The position numbers were made by a program, and so were the translations under genes. The notes below the pieces were generated by a model, which worked only from the letters and a program-made list of their open reading frames with translations, was not told the origin of the DNA and did not search any database. Below, piece after piece: positions 26,488 through 38,515 of a stretch of 64,000 bases of DNA. Every line of letters starts with the position of its first letter. The first letter of the stretch is position 1. Source of the DNA: Macrostomum lignano (Eukaryota); assembly GCA_002269645.1 (NCBI GenBank), contig NIVC01000067.1, positions 744,001 through 808,000 on the forward strand. The letters run 5' to 3'.

Positions 26488-27168
26488 CCTTTCAAGCTGG
26501 ACTTTGGCAGCCCATAGAAAAAGCATACGCCTGCCAGCAACATGTCTATGGTCAACTGTGGTAGAATCGGTTAAAGCGTGCATTCAACTTTGGCAAAAGT
26601 GAGCGAATTTTGGCAACTCAACCGAACAAGATGCCGAACGCGCGTATATCGCTGCAGGATCGAGAACGGCTGGTGTGCAGCTACCAGGAAGGAAGAGACT
26701 AGAGACGACTGGCGAAGGACCTGGACATAAAGAGAACCACGGCCGTCACAATTATCCACAGGTTTGTCACCGAAGATCGCGTTGCGCTGAAGCAACGAGG
26801 AGGAGCCGTGAGGCCAAAATTTACACCACCAATGTTAAATGCTGTGACTCGGTTTGTTGAAGAGAAGCCCGCCATAACATTGAGGGAGATGAAGGAGAAG
26901 ATGGAAGCCGAACTTCCAGGCGCACCTGGCGTGTCGGTGCAGGCAATCAGTCAATCAGGCAATCAGACAGTATCGTGCTTTGTGCTTAAATCTTGTTTCC
27001 TAGTCAGTTTGTTACCGTTTTTCGTTCAGTTTATTGTGTTGCCAAAATTCGCTCACTTTTGCCAAAGTTGAATGCACGCTTTAACCGATTCTACCACAGT
27101 TGACCATAGACATGTTGCTGGCAGGCGTATGCTTTTTCTATGGGCTGCCAAAGTCCAGCTTGAAAAGG
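26488..27168 (+). mobile_element. internally deleted IS630/Tc1/mariner-superfamily DNA transposon
   Basis: About 130-bp near-perfect TIRs (26488-26617 and 27038-27168) flanked by TA. ATG at 26631 opens an HTH-type N-terminus (MPNARISLQDRERLV..GRD*RRLAKDLDIKRTTAVTII..ITLREMK) with one stop. No DDE domain is present. Confidence 0.88.
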
Positions 27169-27451
27169 TACATGTCCATTAAGCCATTAACTTCAATTCT
27201 CGCTTCATATTAACCTTGCATTATTCGAATATTTAGTCTACTTACGAGTCATTAGCATTAGCTACTTCTAGATTTTTAAAATTAAATTATAGTCCAACTA
27301 TAAAAGACGGAAAAACTTCGATTTTTAAATAAGTTTGATTTTTATGTTTTTTTGAAGATAATAAACCGGCACTACGAAAGCAATAACAAAAATTGTATGC
27401 ATCAACCGAGCATTGCGAAGTGTCCATTTTCAACCAGTCAAGACATTCAAA

Positions 27452-29436
27452 CTACTTCTCAACAATCAGGGTGCTGTAGAAGGTGTCGTGGGTGATCCAC
27501 TTTTCGAAGAAGTTAACGGTGACCCGGCAGCCGTAGACGCCAGCGTCGGATTCCTTGACGTCGTCGATGCCGACGGTGTAGTGGTTGGCGCTGCCGCGCA
27601 TGATCTCGATGCGCTTGTCGTCGGTGCGAGCCAGGAAGTCGGCCAGGGTCTCAGCGTCGCGCATCGGCTCAACGAAGACGCCCAGGCCGGCCAGCTCGGC
27701 ATTGACGCGGCAGCCGAAGCTCGCCTTCTGGCCAGCCTTGACGGTGATGATCTCTCGGTGGTCGGCCGGCTCCAGCAGCGGCAGCACCTGGACATCGATG
27801 GAGCGCCAGTCAGACTTCTCTTGGCCGCGGATGCACTGGCAGAAGTAGGTGCCGCTGTGCTCCTCTGGCTTGGCGTCGCGCACCAGCATGGCGGAGAAGC
27901 GGGGCAGCACCGGGACCTCGACAACCGGCATGTCGGTCTTGTTGTTCAGGTTCCACTCCACAGTCAGCTCCTCGTCCGGCCGGCGCTTGCCAGTGCACGG
28001 GCACTCTAGCAGGAAGTCGTCGCCGAAGCGGATGATGCGGTTGCTGAGCGGGTTCATGGACAGCACGGCCGGGTAGCCCTCGACCACGGAGACTGGCTTG
28101 GCCTCCAGGTCGCAGCCCTGTTCCTTGATGCAGGGCTCCACGGTCAGGGCGATGGTCTTCTCGCGAGTCACGTGACCCATGCGGCCGTTGTGCAGGCGGG
28201 CTCGGCAGAGAAACTCTTCGTTAACCTTGGGCCCGGCAGAGTCGATGATGAGGTCGAAGGTGGCCTTGCTCATCTGGATGGCGCCGTGCAGCATCTGGTT
28301 GAGCTGCTCCAGAGGGATGAGCCTCGGGCGGGGCGGGCCCGCTCTGGGCTTCTCAACGATGTAACACTCTGCGGCAGCGGCGTCCGGCTCGGTGGTGATG
28401 GCGTTGGACACGATGGCGCTCATGCCGGCCTTGACGGTGACCTCGTCCTCCTTCTTGGCGAACTCGCCCATCTTGGTGACGAAGAACTGGGCCTCTCGGC
28501 TGATGACGGAGCCGAACTCGTTCTTGGCCAGGCAGACGACGGCCTTGGTCAGGTCCATGAACTGCGGGTTGACGATCACCAGCTGGCTGCGCTCCTCGAT
28601 GCTGTCCGGCGGGCATGGGTGGTGGGCCTTGCAGTCGCGCTGCAGGTTGAAGAACGAGGTGCTGGTGGTGGAGTGATCCTTCAGCGGCTCGTGCGGGTTG
28701 GTGGTGATCTTGGCGTCGATCAGCTCAGTGATCAGAGACTCGTTAGCGACCTTCTTGACCAGACGCCACTCCACGGTTGGCTTGGGCATGCCGTAGGCCA
28801 AGCAGTTGAAGGTGACGATGAAGGGCCGGGCCTCTTTGTCGGCTTTCTTGGTTGTCTCCTCGGTGGCCGGCTTGATCAGGGCCTCAGTGATGAACAGGTG
28901 CTCGGGCTCAATCTGGAACTGAGGCCGCTGGGCAGCCGGATGGGCCGGGGCCTCGCAGATGAAGTTGCGTGGGATGTTGGTCTTGTTGGCCTCCAGCTCG
29001 ATCTTGCTGTGGTCCTTGTTCGGGTTGATCACCATCCAGAACTGCGGCTTGGGGGCCTCGTCCGGCTTCTCCTCTTTCTCGGTGCGCTGGTGCTTGCCGT
29101 GGCCCCTGGCCCTCGGCAGCGACCGGTGCATGAAGGTCGGGTCGAAGAACCACAGCGAGGTAGAGTCAGTATCGTGCTGGTTGCTCTTCACGATCAGATC
29201 GTTGATGAAGTACACCTTGTCCATTCGGTGGGCGAAGCTCAGCAGTCTGGCCTTGTCGGCCTGGCAGGCCTTGTAAGAGTCGTCGAAGAGCATGGGCTCG
29301 GACATCAGCTTCAGGCAAGAGGCCTCGTAGTTGGTGTGGAACAGGGTCCAGCCATCCGGCAGGTCATGACTAGCTGGCCGGAGTCGGCGCAAACGGAGGC
29401 TGCAAAAGCAGCCAGCACTAGCAGGCAGAGTCGCAT
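27452..29436 (-). CDS. intronless secreted protein: signal peptide + C-type lectin domain + about 4 Ig domains (contactin-like N-terminal architecture); 1-nt frameshift near 29358
   Basis: Signal peptide MRLCLLVLAAFAASVCA. Restoring one C gives TCPDGWTLF..SCLKL..C..FICE (CTLD). Ig motifs: FNCLAYGMPKPTVEW..CLAKNEFG, HSGTYFCQC, DVKESDAGVYGCRV. No TM segment before the stop. Confidence 0.8.
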
Positions 29437-30234
29437 GGTTAATAACTGCTGCTTGGAATATCGATTAGAAATGCGAGACTGAACGGGTACGGTTGCAATT
29501 AACACAAGAAAATTATGTCTACGTGGAGAGTGGCTACAGGGCTCGTTATATATATAGTCAACCCCACCTTAGGTGTCATTAGAAGGGGGCCGCTGTAAAT
29601 TCCCTTAAGCCAAAGGCCTCAACAATGAAGCCAACACACCCCTTGCGCCGCTCTCTAGCCCGCCCGCCGCCTGAGCGAGAGTGGAGAGTGGAGTGGGGTG
29701 GGTGGGCTGGCGAGGGGCGGGGGTAGAAAGTTACGGGGTAGAGAAACCCCAAACCTATTCCCCCGCCAGAGTTGACCAGCCAATCAGACCCAACTACCGA
29801 GATTCAGTCGGTGTAAGTTAAGCCGGAATACAAAAACTTGTAATTGGGCCTCGCCAATTCTTTCCAATTAGCTTAAACTCCCTTTCAGAGCTGAGTCACG
29901 CTAGTCATTTTGAAAAGATTGTTTTGTGTTGTTTTTTAAACTATTTCTCATTTTCTCTATGTACTCTAGTGTAGATTAAAGTTACTCGCGTTCTGAAACA
30001 TACATGTAGCCCGTATTGCGCAACAAAATACCAGTCATCGCGGGGTTCCAAAGCCTTCAATGCCATTGAAACTTAACAACTTAACTATACATGCAAATAG
30101 TTGTTTTGATAGACAGACAAAGATAAACTCTTAGCTATATATAATTAGCAGTTAAACGTTTTGTTAGAGCTTAGAAATCTTTATATTGCAAAACTGAAAA
30201 TAAATATGGACAACCAAAAAAGGTAAATACCAAC

Positions 30235-30545
30235 TGGGCTTCAGGTGTTTGATAATGGATTACCAGGGCTTCAGGTGTTTGATAATGGATTACCAGGGCT
30301 TCAGGTGTCTGATAATGGAATACCAGGGCTTCAGGTGTTTGATAATGGAATACCAGGGCTTCAGGTGTCTGATAATGGAATACCAGGGCTTCAGGTGTCT
30401 GATAATGGATTACCAGGGCTTCGGGTGTCTGACAATGGATTACCAGGGCTTCGGGTGTCTGATAATGGAAAACCAGGGCTTCAGGTGTCTGATAAGGGAA
30501 AACCAGGGCTTCAGGTGTTTGATAATGGAAAACCAGGGCTTCAGG
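30235..30545. repeat. 30-bp minisatellite (TTCAGGTGTCTGATAATGGAATACCAGGGC)
   Basis: Seen directly. Confidence 0.95.
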
Positions 30546-31009
30546 TGACGTGTGTGTGTACTAATATAGAATAACAGTTGCAGCCATCTCAGACCTCAGT
30601 GCATCGCATGCCCAAAAATACAAATGCAGTCACTCAATCGTGAAGCCATACGGTGCATATTGCATCGAATGAACCAATAAGCATAAGAAGCAGATGACAA
30701 TTTCTCATACAGTGTATATGGCAATGCATAAAAAAGCTCAATAAGGCTATTTATTTTAGAATTAAGCTCAGGTACCTGTTTGGGTTTTGCTTACAGAGTT
30801 TACTTAGGAAAGCTTTGTTAAAATATTGTCTACAGCAGTTTACAGCAAGTTATGACTAAAATATTACTGAGCATTTTGTCCAGCGCCAGACTTACAGATT
30901 TGGGATAATCTGAACTTCGCGATTGGCAAATCGTCCGCGCTCAGGTGAAAATTAAAGCATGAAAAAGAGAGGAAAGATTACTTCCAAAATGTAAGATTAC
31001 CATGCATGA

Positions 31010-31465
31010 ATAGAGAGCGGATCAGACTGAGGAGTAGAGAGCGGATCAGACTGAGGAGAGAGCGGATCAGTCTGAGGAGTAGAGAGCGGATCAGACTGAG
31101 GAGTAGAGAGCGGATCAGACTGAGGAGTAGACAGCGGATCAGACTGAGGAGAGAGCGGATCAGACTGAGGAGAGAGCGGATCAGACTGAGGAGTAGAGAG
31201 CGGATCAGACTGAGGAGAGAGCGGATCAGACTGAGGAGTAGACAGCGGATCAGACTGAGGAGTAGACAGCGGATCAGACAGAGGAGTAGACAGCGGATCA
31301 GACTGAGGAGTAGAGAGCGGATCAGACTGAGCAGTAGACAGCGGATCAGACTGAGGAGTAGACAGCGGATCAGACTGAGGAGTAGAGAGCGGATCAGACT
31401 GAGGAGTAGACAGCGGATCAGACTGAGGAGTAGACAGCGGATCAGACTGAGGAGTAGAGAGCGGA
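31010..31465. repeat. 24-bp minisatellite (GAGCGGATCAGACTGAGGAGTAGA)
   Basis: Seen directly. Confidence 0.95.
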
Positions 31466-31522
31466 TGGGGAGCAGTGAGAGAAAGGTTCATATTAAACAG
31501 CTCAAAGGCATTGCGCAAGCCT

Positions 31523-32476
31523 TCAGCCGATGGGCTTGGCAGACTGGAAGATCTCGTCAGTCGTGAGCTCCCGGTCCCGTTCGAGGATCTCGGGATTCCG
31601 GCCGCGCAGGTAGCGAGCCTTCTTGGCCTCCTGCAGCAGAGTCCTGAAGTCCCGCTCCAGCCGCTCCAGCTCCTCCGCCTTCTGACCGCCCGGCCCGACC
31701 TCGTCGTTCGGCTGCTCCTCCTTCGGCTCCTCCAGCGGAACTCGACGCCCCGTTCCCGCTGTTTTGTGCCGCCTTCTGCTGCGCCGCTGAATGTCGCCGC
31801 CATTCGCCCCGCTGGTTTCGCGCCAGTCGTCCACGAAAGTCTCCGCCCGCTCGATGGCCGAGTCCATGAGATGGCGAGAGCGGCACTTCTTCATGAACTG
31901 CTCCAGGCTGAGGCCGCCAATGAGGACGCGAGGCGCGCCGCTAGCGGACGCGGAGGCAGCTTCGTCGCTGGCGCGCTGGCGCTCGAGAAAATCGGTGACA
32001 AGCTCGTCCTCGGACTCGGTGAGCTCGAACATCTGGCCGCTGGCTGAGGCAATCGAGCGGCGAGGCGACGCCGGCGTTGCGGAGCCGCCAGAGCCGGGCA
32101 GGCGGGACACGAAAACCGGAGGCTGCACCGGTTCGGCCTCGTCCGCCTCGGATGGCGTCTGAATGACGAACTCGAATGGCGCCGACTGGCCGTGGCGCTG
32201 CCCGGCACTTTGAGGCTCCTCCTCGGCGCCGGCGCCATCCATGTGGCGCAGCATTTGCTGGGACTTGATCTTGGCCAGCTCAGTGTTGTACCTGGCCAGC
32301 TTCTCCTCCATCAGGGTGCGCTCGCGTTTTAACCGGCCCATCACGGCGTCCGTGTTGATCACCTCGAAGTACAGCCGCTTCTTCAGCTGCTCGCCGTCCA
32401 GGCGCTGGTAACGGCGCTGGTCGTGCGCCAGCTTGTAGGAGCGCTCGCGGACCGCCTTGCGCCATTCGACCTGCAT
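31523..32476 (-). CDS. hypothetical coiled-coil protein (possibly the last exon of a larger gene)
   Basis: 317-aa GC-rich ORF with heptad-like segments and C-terminal YLRGRNPEILERDRELTTDEIF. A possible acceptor catgcag|GTC lies at about 32470. Confidence 0.7.
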   Translation of the reverse strand: MQVEWRKAVRERSYKLAHDQRRYQRLDGEQLKKRLYFEVINTDAVMGRLKRERTLMEEKLARYNTELAKIKSQQMLRHMDGAGAEEEPQSAGQRHGQSAPFEFVIQTPSEADEAEPVQPPVFVSRLPGSGGSATPASPRRSIASASGQMFELTESEDELVTDFLERQRASDEAASASASGAPRVLIGGLSLEQFMKKCRSRHLMDSAIERAETFVDDWRETSGANGGDIQRRSRRRHKTAGTGRRVPLEEPKEEQPNDEVGPGGQKAEELERLERDFRTLLQEAKKARYLRGRNPEILERDRELTTDEIFQSAKPIG

Positions 32477-33889
32477 GATGAAGCACCGACTGGGGGTGAT
32501 GCTGGGATAGCTGGGCTAACTCGGTTATTATTGTCACAGTTTTGTATAGCGGCCCCTCGAAGCCGCGAGCGCTCGACCGCTGTTTGATTAGCAAAATTTG
32601 AGAGAGAGAAAGAGAGCAAAACTGCTTTTTTACATACTCTTCATCACAGCGGCTGAGTTGCTAGCCATATACAACTGGCAGTCCTTCCAGCTGCCGCCAT
32701 AGCTCATCTATCAGGCACAGAACCAAAGGCGCTCCGACAGGACTGCAAGCCTGGTTAATTTGCTTTTTAGTATCTGCGCGCTATTGTGCAGCATTGCTGT
32801 TCCACCTGTTGGGGGGCTGAGAGAGTTGGAGAGGACAGGTGGAGGTGGGCAGAGCTGGGTGAGGCTTGCAGCTCTTATTAAAATAACAATACGTAAAACT
32901 AGATGATAGATGGGCCTTGCAAAACGCCATTTTTTCTATTAGATTCTGATAAAGAGCTGTAAGAAGAGACGATGGCTGCACAAGACTTTTTTTGTCTGAA
33001 AAAATGGTAAACAAGTTGTAGAGAGTTAGTTTGATAAATTATCAGCAGCTGATCAAGGAGCTCCTATGGATGGAGATGTTGTGCAGACGCTGCTTTAGGA
33101 AGCAATAAAAAATATTTAGCATTTCAATATCTGTGAACTACTTGCTTCCCAATACGAACTCCAATGCCGCTGATGATCCCCCCTGAGCACGTACTGTACA
33201 CGCTCCTCACACGGGGTGTACACAACGAGCGTACAGGACCGCGATTACCTCACTACTGCTATCTGCCAGAGCCTTAAAAAACTTTTCTCTGTTCTTGAGC
33301 TTGTTTTTCATAAAATTTTCTCTGTGCGCTACTTAAAGTAGGGCAATGTGAACAAAATGCCTGATAATTCACTAATCTAATCCCATATTGAGGCGCAGGT
33401 TGCAAGTGGGCTTCTTGCTAATCCTTAGCTAGCAGCCTCTCTTCACTGCGCATGTGCAGGCATTTATCTAATCTAGCTGGCTTTAATCAAGCCAAGCCCG
33501 GGGGGCCGCTGTGCATTTCTGCAGAACCAACTGCTTTGCTCCCACGCCCCATTGCCCTGTGCATTTTGGGAGGAGGAGGGGGAATCTTTGGCATTTCAAA
33601 CCGGGGGCTGAAACTACCGTAAATTTATGGAAAGTCAACTGGAATGAAAAAATTCATAATTCATAATTCATAAATTTTGCCTCATAGCCGTATTGAACTC
33701 TATTAATAGTTTGCATCGATAATTTATAAGCAGAAAATGAGTGGGTAGCCATGTCTCATAATCCGCAGGGGAACTGGCAGCATGAATTATTAGTCATTTA
33801 TGCTGAATAAACCTACTCTGAGAGTTGAAATGTCGATTAAATTTAGATGATTGGAGTATAGATAGAATAGATATGAATGGGAATTGGAA

Positions 33890-33925
33890 AACAGAAGTAG
33901 TGGAGAAGATAGAGAAGTAGCGAAG

Positions 33926-33996
<71 letters not shown>

Positions 33997-34141
33997 GAGA
34001 GAAATAGAAGTAGAGGAGAGAGAGGTAGAAGAGAGAGAACTAGAGAGAAGTAGAGGAGAGAGAGAAGTAGAGGAGAGAGAGAAGTAGAGGAGAGAGAGAG
34101 AGAAGTAAAGGAGAGAAGATAAAGAAGTAGCGAAGAAAGAA

Positions 34142-34198
<57 letters not shown>

Positions 34199-35010
34199 GA
34201 GAGAGAGAAGTAGAGGAGAGAGAGAAGTAGAGGAGAGAGAGAAGTAGAGGAGAGAGAGAAGTAAAGGAGAGAAGACAGAGAAGTAGAGAGAGTGAAGTAG
34301 AGAGAGAAGTGGAGGAGAGAGAGAAGTAGAGAAGACAGAGGATAAAGAAGCTGGAACTGTGGAATACGATCTTGCCGCAGACGGCAGGCACAAACAGGCA
34401 GTTGTGAGTGAAAACAGAGAATCAGGGCAGGGAGCGGGGCTTCAGCCTTTCAAAGTCACGTACGGCAGGCTAAAAAGGGTTTTGAAAGCTCATAAAAAGT
34501 CAGTCCAGACAAATCTTATGCACAAGGGGCAGCTTTTATCGGGAGTTCTAACTAGCCTGATAGAACCAGTTGATTGGATGTGTGCCGAGTGACTCAGCAC
34601 GATTGAAGCTCCGACTGGAGTCAATTGATCTCAGGCTATGAGAGGGAGAGACGCTGCAGAGTGCAGACAGACTCGATAGACGATAGGAGGGAAATGAGTA
34701 GAGGAGGGGAGAGAGTAGAGAAAAAATGGAGAGAGGCGAAAAGAGAGAGCAGAGAGATGAGGGGAGAGAGGAGAGTAGAGAGTAGAGAAGAGAGGAGAGT
34801 AGAGAGGAGTGTAGAGAGAAGAGTAGAGAGTAGAGAGTAGAGAAGAGAGTAGAGAAGAGAGGAGAGGAGAGAGGAGAGTAGAGAGGAGAGTAGAGAGGAG
34901 AGTAGAGAGGAGAGTAGAGAGGAGAGTAGAGAAAAGAGTAGAGAAAAAAGTAGAGAGGAGAGAGGAGAGAGGAGGTGGGGAGAGAAGGGATGAGAGGGGG
35001 ACGAAGGAGA
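33890..35010. repeat. GA-rich microsatellite blocks (33890-34340, 34700-35010)
   Basis: Seen directly. Confidence 0.9.
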
Positions 35011-35699
35011 GAGGAGAATAAGAGAAAGGGATGTAACTAACAAGAGAATGAATATAGAAAAGTAAGTCTGATGAAAGCATCTCGTGTTTAGCCTTAAAGA
35101 ACGCTAAGCTGCGGACAAGAAGCCTCGCGCGCTCGCATGGAAAGCAGTCGGTTCCGCAGTTCAGTTCGGAATGCTTTTTGGTGGGCACAGAAGGAAGGGA
35201 GATGGGAAAGAGGCGAAGTCATAAGGTCACTACTGGCCTGGTTGGCAAAAGAATGTGGGAATTGATTTTTCCCAGAAAGAGAGGTGGAGAGACGCGTGGC
35301 GTTTTGGGATGCTGCAGCTGGCCAGCCTCCCCGAGTCCTGCATGCGATAGCATCGAATGCAGCCAGAAACTGCTTCTGATCTGGATGAAGCGCAGGGCAG
35401 AAAGACAACGGACGAAATCCTTTATTTCTTCTTTCGTCTCTTGCACAGCCCAATTTGTCAAGAGGCAGGGACAGACGGACGCGAGGATCAGAGGATGCAT
35501 TCAGAAGGGACATCAAGGAAGTGCTATTTTTAGAGGCAACAAAACTGCAGCAAGGTTTTGGGAGCCGAAAGGCAGTTAGAGAACTCATCCAGCGTCGACA
35601 AGGAGAAAGCAGCAAACGTTTCAATTCGCATTTCCTGTTTGCGAATAAATAATCAAAGAGCAGATGAAGTCAAACCAAAATGGGAGGAGGGGAATGGGC

Positions 35700-36245
35700 G
35701 ATGAAAATGAATGAGGCGATGAGAGGGGATGAGAATGGATTAGAATGAATTAGAGAGGGTTAGAATGGATAGAATGGATTAGAGAGGATGAGAATGAATT
35801 ACAATAAATTAGAGAAGATTAGAATGGATTAGAATGGATTAGAGAGGATGAGAATGGATTACAGAGGATGAGAATGAAATACAATAAATTAGAGAAGATT
35901 AGAATGGATTAGAATGGATTAGAGAGGATGAGAATGAATTACAATAAATTAGAGAAGATTAGAATGGATTAGAATGGATTAGAGAGGATGAGAATGGATT
36001 ACAGAGGATGAGAATGAATTACAATAAATTAGAGAAGATTAGAATGGATTAGAATGGATTAGAGAGGATGAGAATGGATTAGATAGGATGAGAATGGATT
36101 AGATAGGATGAGAATGGATTAGATAGGATAATAATGGTTTAGAATGGATTAGAGGATGAGAATGGATTAGAGAGGGTTATAATGGGTCAGAGAGGATGAG
36201 AATGGATTAGAATGGATTAGAGAGGATGAGAATGGATGAGAATAG
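35700..36245. repeat. degenerate (GAATGGATTA)-based repeat
   Basis: Seen directly. Confidence 0.88.
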
Positions 36246-36879
36246 AATAAGAGGAGGCGGGAAGGGATAAGAGGGTGAGATGAGATAGTAGGGGAGTAAG
36301 GGTAGGTGACTGATGAGAATAAGAATGAATGAGAAAAAGCAGTGAGAGTAGATCAAAGGAGATCAGGGAAGGCAAGATAAAAGAGGATAAGAAGAAGTGA
36401 TATAAAGGATGGCACAGTATGGGCTGTCTGCTTTCCTCTCTAGTTACACTTGCCTCCAGGGAAGCTGTCAAGACAATCAGTCTGGATAGTAAAAAAATCA
36501 AGTGTACAAGAGCGAAAAATAAGCAGTATAGGATTGGATGAAGAGTTTCTATGGCAAGGATCAATTTATTGAGCAAGGCCCCCAACAGACTATGTCAGAG
36601 TCTTCTAAGTCAGTCAGGCATCAGGCGGAGGAGATCGGCATGTACAGATAGGAGAAATAGGATATGGGCCGCGGGGCAATGGGCGTAACCCAGATGCTGC
36701 GCTAAGGGATTTTTATGATAATCTCTTGTTTGCAGAGGGGAGACTGTCTTGCTGGAGACCTGGGACTCATTTTTTATACGGATGACTTTCGGGAGAGGCA
36801 GCGGTAGAGGGAGAAGATCTGGCACAGGCGGTGTAGAAAAATAGAGACCAAGCTCAGCCAGAGGAGAGGCAGCGGGGAA

Positions 36880-37220
36880 GAGGGAGAGGTGGGACGGAGA
36901 GGTAGAGTGGGGGAAGAGGGAAGGAGAGGGAGAGGGAGAGCGAGAGAGAGAGAGAGAGCGAGGGAGAGGGAGAGCGAGAGAGAGGGAGAGAGAGGGAGAG
37001 AGGGAGGGAGGGAGAGAGCGAGAGAGAGGGAGAGAGAGAGAGGGAGAGAGAGGGAGAGAGGGAGGGAGGGAGAGAGCGAGAGAGAGGGAGAGAGAGGGAG
37101 AGAGGGAGGGAGAGAGAGAGAGAGAGGGAGAGAGAGAGAGAGAGGGAGAGAGAGAGGGAGAGCGAGGGAGAGAGAGAGGGAGAGAGGGAGAGAGAGCGAG
37201 GGAGAGAGGGAGAGAAGATG
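36880..37220. repeat. (GA)/(GGGA) microsatellite
   Basis: Seen directly. Confidence 0.9.
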
Positions 37221-38384
37221 GCACCTCCAATCTCAGGCGCTGATACGGTGAAATGACTGATGATAAAAGTCAATCTAGTTCATGAAAATCATGTTGCCGA
37301 TTGCCGATATTATGAGTAAGGTTACTCTTCGTCAGGGCAGTATGAGGGAGAGGGAGAGTGAGAGGGAAAACGAGAGAGAGCGAGGAGAGAGAGGGGGAGA
37401 GGAAGAGAAACAAGAAAGACAAGAGAGGAGCAGGAAAAAGAGAAAAATAGAGATGACAGCGGTGCAAGCGGAGAAATCGGGAAAATATAAAAGAGGAGAA
37501 GAGATCAGAGAGTCTAGAGAGATATAGAGATAGACAGTCAGTCACAAAGGGGAAGAATTTGAGCATTGAAAAACTCAGATCAAACCGGGGACAGGCGGGG
37601 CCACACAGCGGAATAACAGAAGAGAGATCTGCCGGCCGCCAAAAAGGCCAACACAGACAGGGCGGGCACACCGCCGCCGCCGATGCAAGCGCAGAGATCT
37701 GTGCAGGAGAGTTCAAACGCAAACACACACAAAAAGCACCCGTTGGAAGGACTGCCGGGAGGGGGGCGTGAGAGACGGAGGAGAGCGCGAATACCATTAG
37801 GACTTGGGAGCCAAAATATGCATATTTCTATGTATGTGCGCGTGTATATTTGCGAGTGCACGGCATATGCGGTCATTCTCAAACAGTTCGTATAATAGCA
37901 GAGGTCGGACGGGGTCGCTGTGTGAGAAGAATGCATAATACGTAGCAGCCGAATAGTCTTGACCTTAACAGAAAACCTACTTACGAGCTAATAAAATAAT
38001 GGGCATTAATTTAACGCATTTCTTCTTCCTGCGCTGGAGGGGGGGGGCGGCTCCAGAGGTGAAGGAGCAATGCAGAGAGGGAAACCCCTAACCGAATATA
38101 GGCCGCAGGCAAACAGCTGAATGAGACGAGAGAGGGAAGAGACAGATTTGGAGAGCGCGGTGCCGAGAGGCAGGAAGTGAAACGCTATAGCCTCTAGCTC
38201 TCGCATGCCTACTTTATTATTGAATATTCCGACTGCAATTTCCTGCTAGCTGGAAACGGTTCGGCGCATGAGAATTGGGCCACTTTAGACAGAGCAAGCC
38301 TTGTACCAGGGCGCGTAATAACGCCAATATGGCTAGCTCTTGCAGGCTCGAAGCAACAGAATGGAAAGCGGCAAAATGGCAGAA

Positions 38385-38515
38385 CAAAGACTAATGGGAG
38401 CAGCGATACCAGCTCGTAGCAGAACAAAGACTAATGGATGCAGAGTGATGGCATAACAAAGACTAATGGGTGCAGAGTGATGGCATAACAAAGACTAATG
38501 GGTGCAGAGTGATAG
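38385..38515. repeat. short ~33-bp tandem repeat (AACAAAGACTAATGGGTGCAGAGTGATGGCAT)
   Basis: About 4 imperfect copies. Confidence 0.8.

Noticed and set aside
28172-29482. 436-aa plus-strand ORF
   Set aside because: Antisense shadow of the GC3-rich lectin-Ig gene.
34340-38400. Non-repetitive patches (for example KGFRPLSF) suggesting a decayed retroelement broken by GA repeats
   Set aside because: No continuous frame or second RT motif could be recovered by eye.
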